From positions 1-64,000 of the IMG/VR virus record IMGVR_UViG_3300036861_000330: a stretch of DNA of 64,000 nucleotides. The stretch is one strand, 5' to 3'. The translations under genes were made by a program, and so were the position numbers. Shown here in pieces: positions 63,513 to 64,000 of this stretch. Source of the stretch: a virus. The notes under the pieces are model-generated. The model saw only the letters and a program-made list of their open reading frames with translations. It did not search any database and was not told the origin of the DNA. Position 1 is the first letter of the stretch; each line of letters opens with the position of its first letter.

Positions 63513-63860
63513 GGCGTCTATGCCTGAGGCGAAAATCTGTGCTATTCGCGGCGCCAGTAGGGGCTATAGCTCAATTTGGCAGAGCGCTTGCGTGGCACGC
63601 AAGAGGTTGTGGGTTCGAGTCCCACTAGCTCCACGAAGTATCTATTTGGCGCCTTTTCCTCAGTCGGAAGTCTGTCCCTCGCACGGCGCCTATTTCTCTG
63701 CGGAAAGCTAATGTACGATCGGCGCCTACTTGGTACTCGGTTATCTAAAGATCTCACGGCGCCTGTCTCCGACTCGCGAGTCTATGTAGCTCACGGCGCC
63801 TAAGTCGCCACGCAAGTCTCTTTACCTATCGGCGCCTTTGAGAGCCACAACTATCTAAAC
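63513..63860 (+). repeat. TIGR-like arrays (63513-63555, 1 unit; 63648-63860, about 6 units)
   Basis: Same consensus, between tRNAs. Confidence 0.88.
63560..63633 (+). tRNA. tRNA-Ala(GGC)
   Basis: Cloverleaf. Confidence 0.92.
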
Positions 63861-63875
63861 AGAACGCAGCTAACA

Positions 63876-63949
63876 CGGGCGATAGCGAAGCTTGGTATCG
63901 CGTCTGGTTTGGGACCAGAAGACCGGGGGTTCAAATCCCTCTCGCCCGA
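63876..63949 (+). tRNA. tRNA-Pro(TGG)
   Basis: Cloverleaf. Confidence 0.92.
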
Positions 63950-64000
63950 CTACGCACGGCGAACAAGAAAGACGACCAGTGCAACAACCGCAAGAACAAC

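Overview
This is a 64-kb segment of a large dsDNA phage, almost entirely on the + strand. The host is probably an actinobacterium, based on BldC-like, DUF397, DUF1996 and LPXTG-anchored proteins. Layout: low-complexity left end and putative leader (1-2.4 kb); small early/accessory genes (2.4-19.9 kb, including PRTase, kinase-like, Fic and BldC-like); a large tRNA region (37 tRNA genes in the window, most at 19.9-27.7 kb); replication/recombination genes (SNF2 helicase, Cas4/RecB-like nuclease, AAA ATPase, SSB, primase, UDG-PolA fusion, RuvC-like resolvase, three ParB-like proteins); and a cluster of secreted/surface proteins (57.7-62.8 kb). No virion genes were recognised. The main result is a TIGR-Tas-like RNA-guided system. 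About 100 units of ~37 nt (hand count), with consensus CGGCGCCT-R-N9-CGAAAATCT-R-N9, are spread over about 30 loci, many directly beside tRNA genes. A nuclease-less Nop-domain (TasA-like) gene at 43282-44064 lies next to the densest arrays. Also notable: two circularly permuted tRNA mimics (YrlA/Y-RNA-like), several stem-closed candidate ncRNAs, and a cassette inserted in the polymerase 5' end that supplies a replacement N-terminus. All calls were made by eye, with no database searches.
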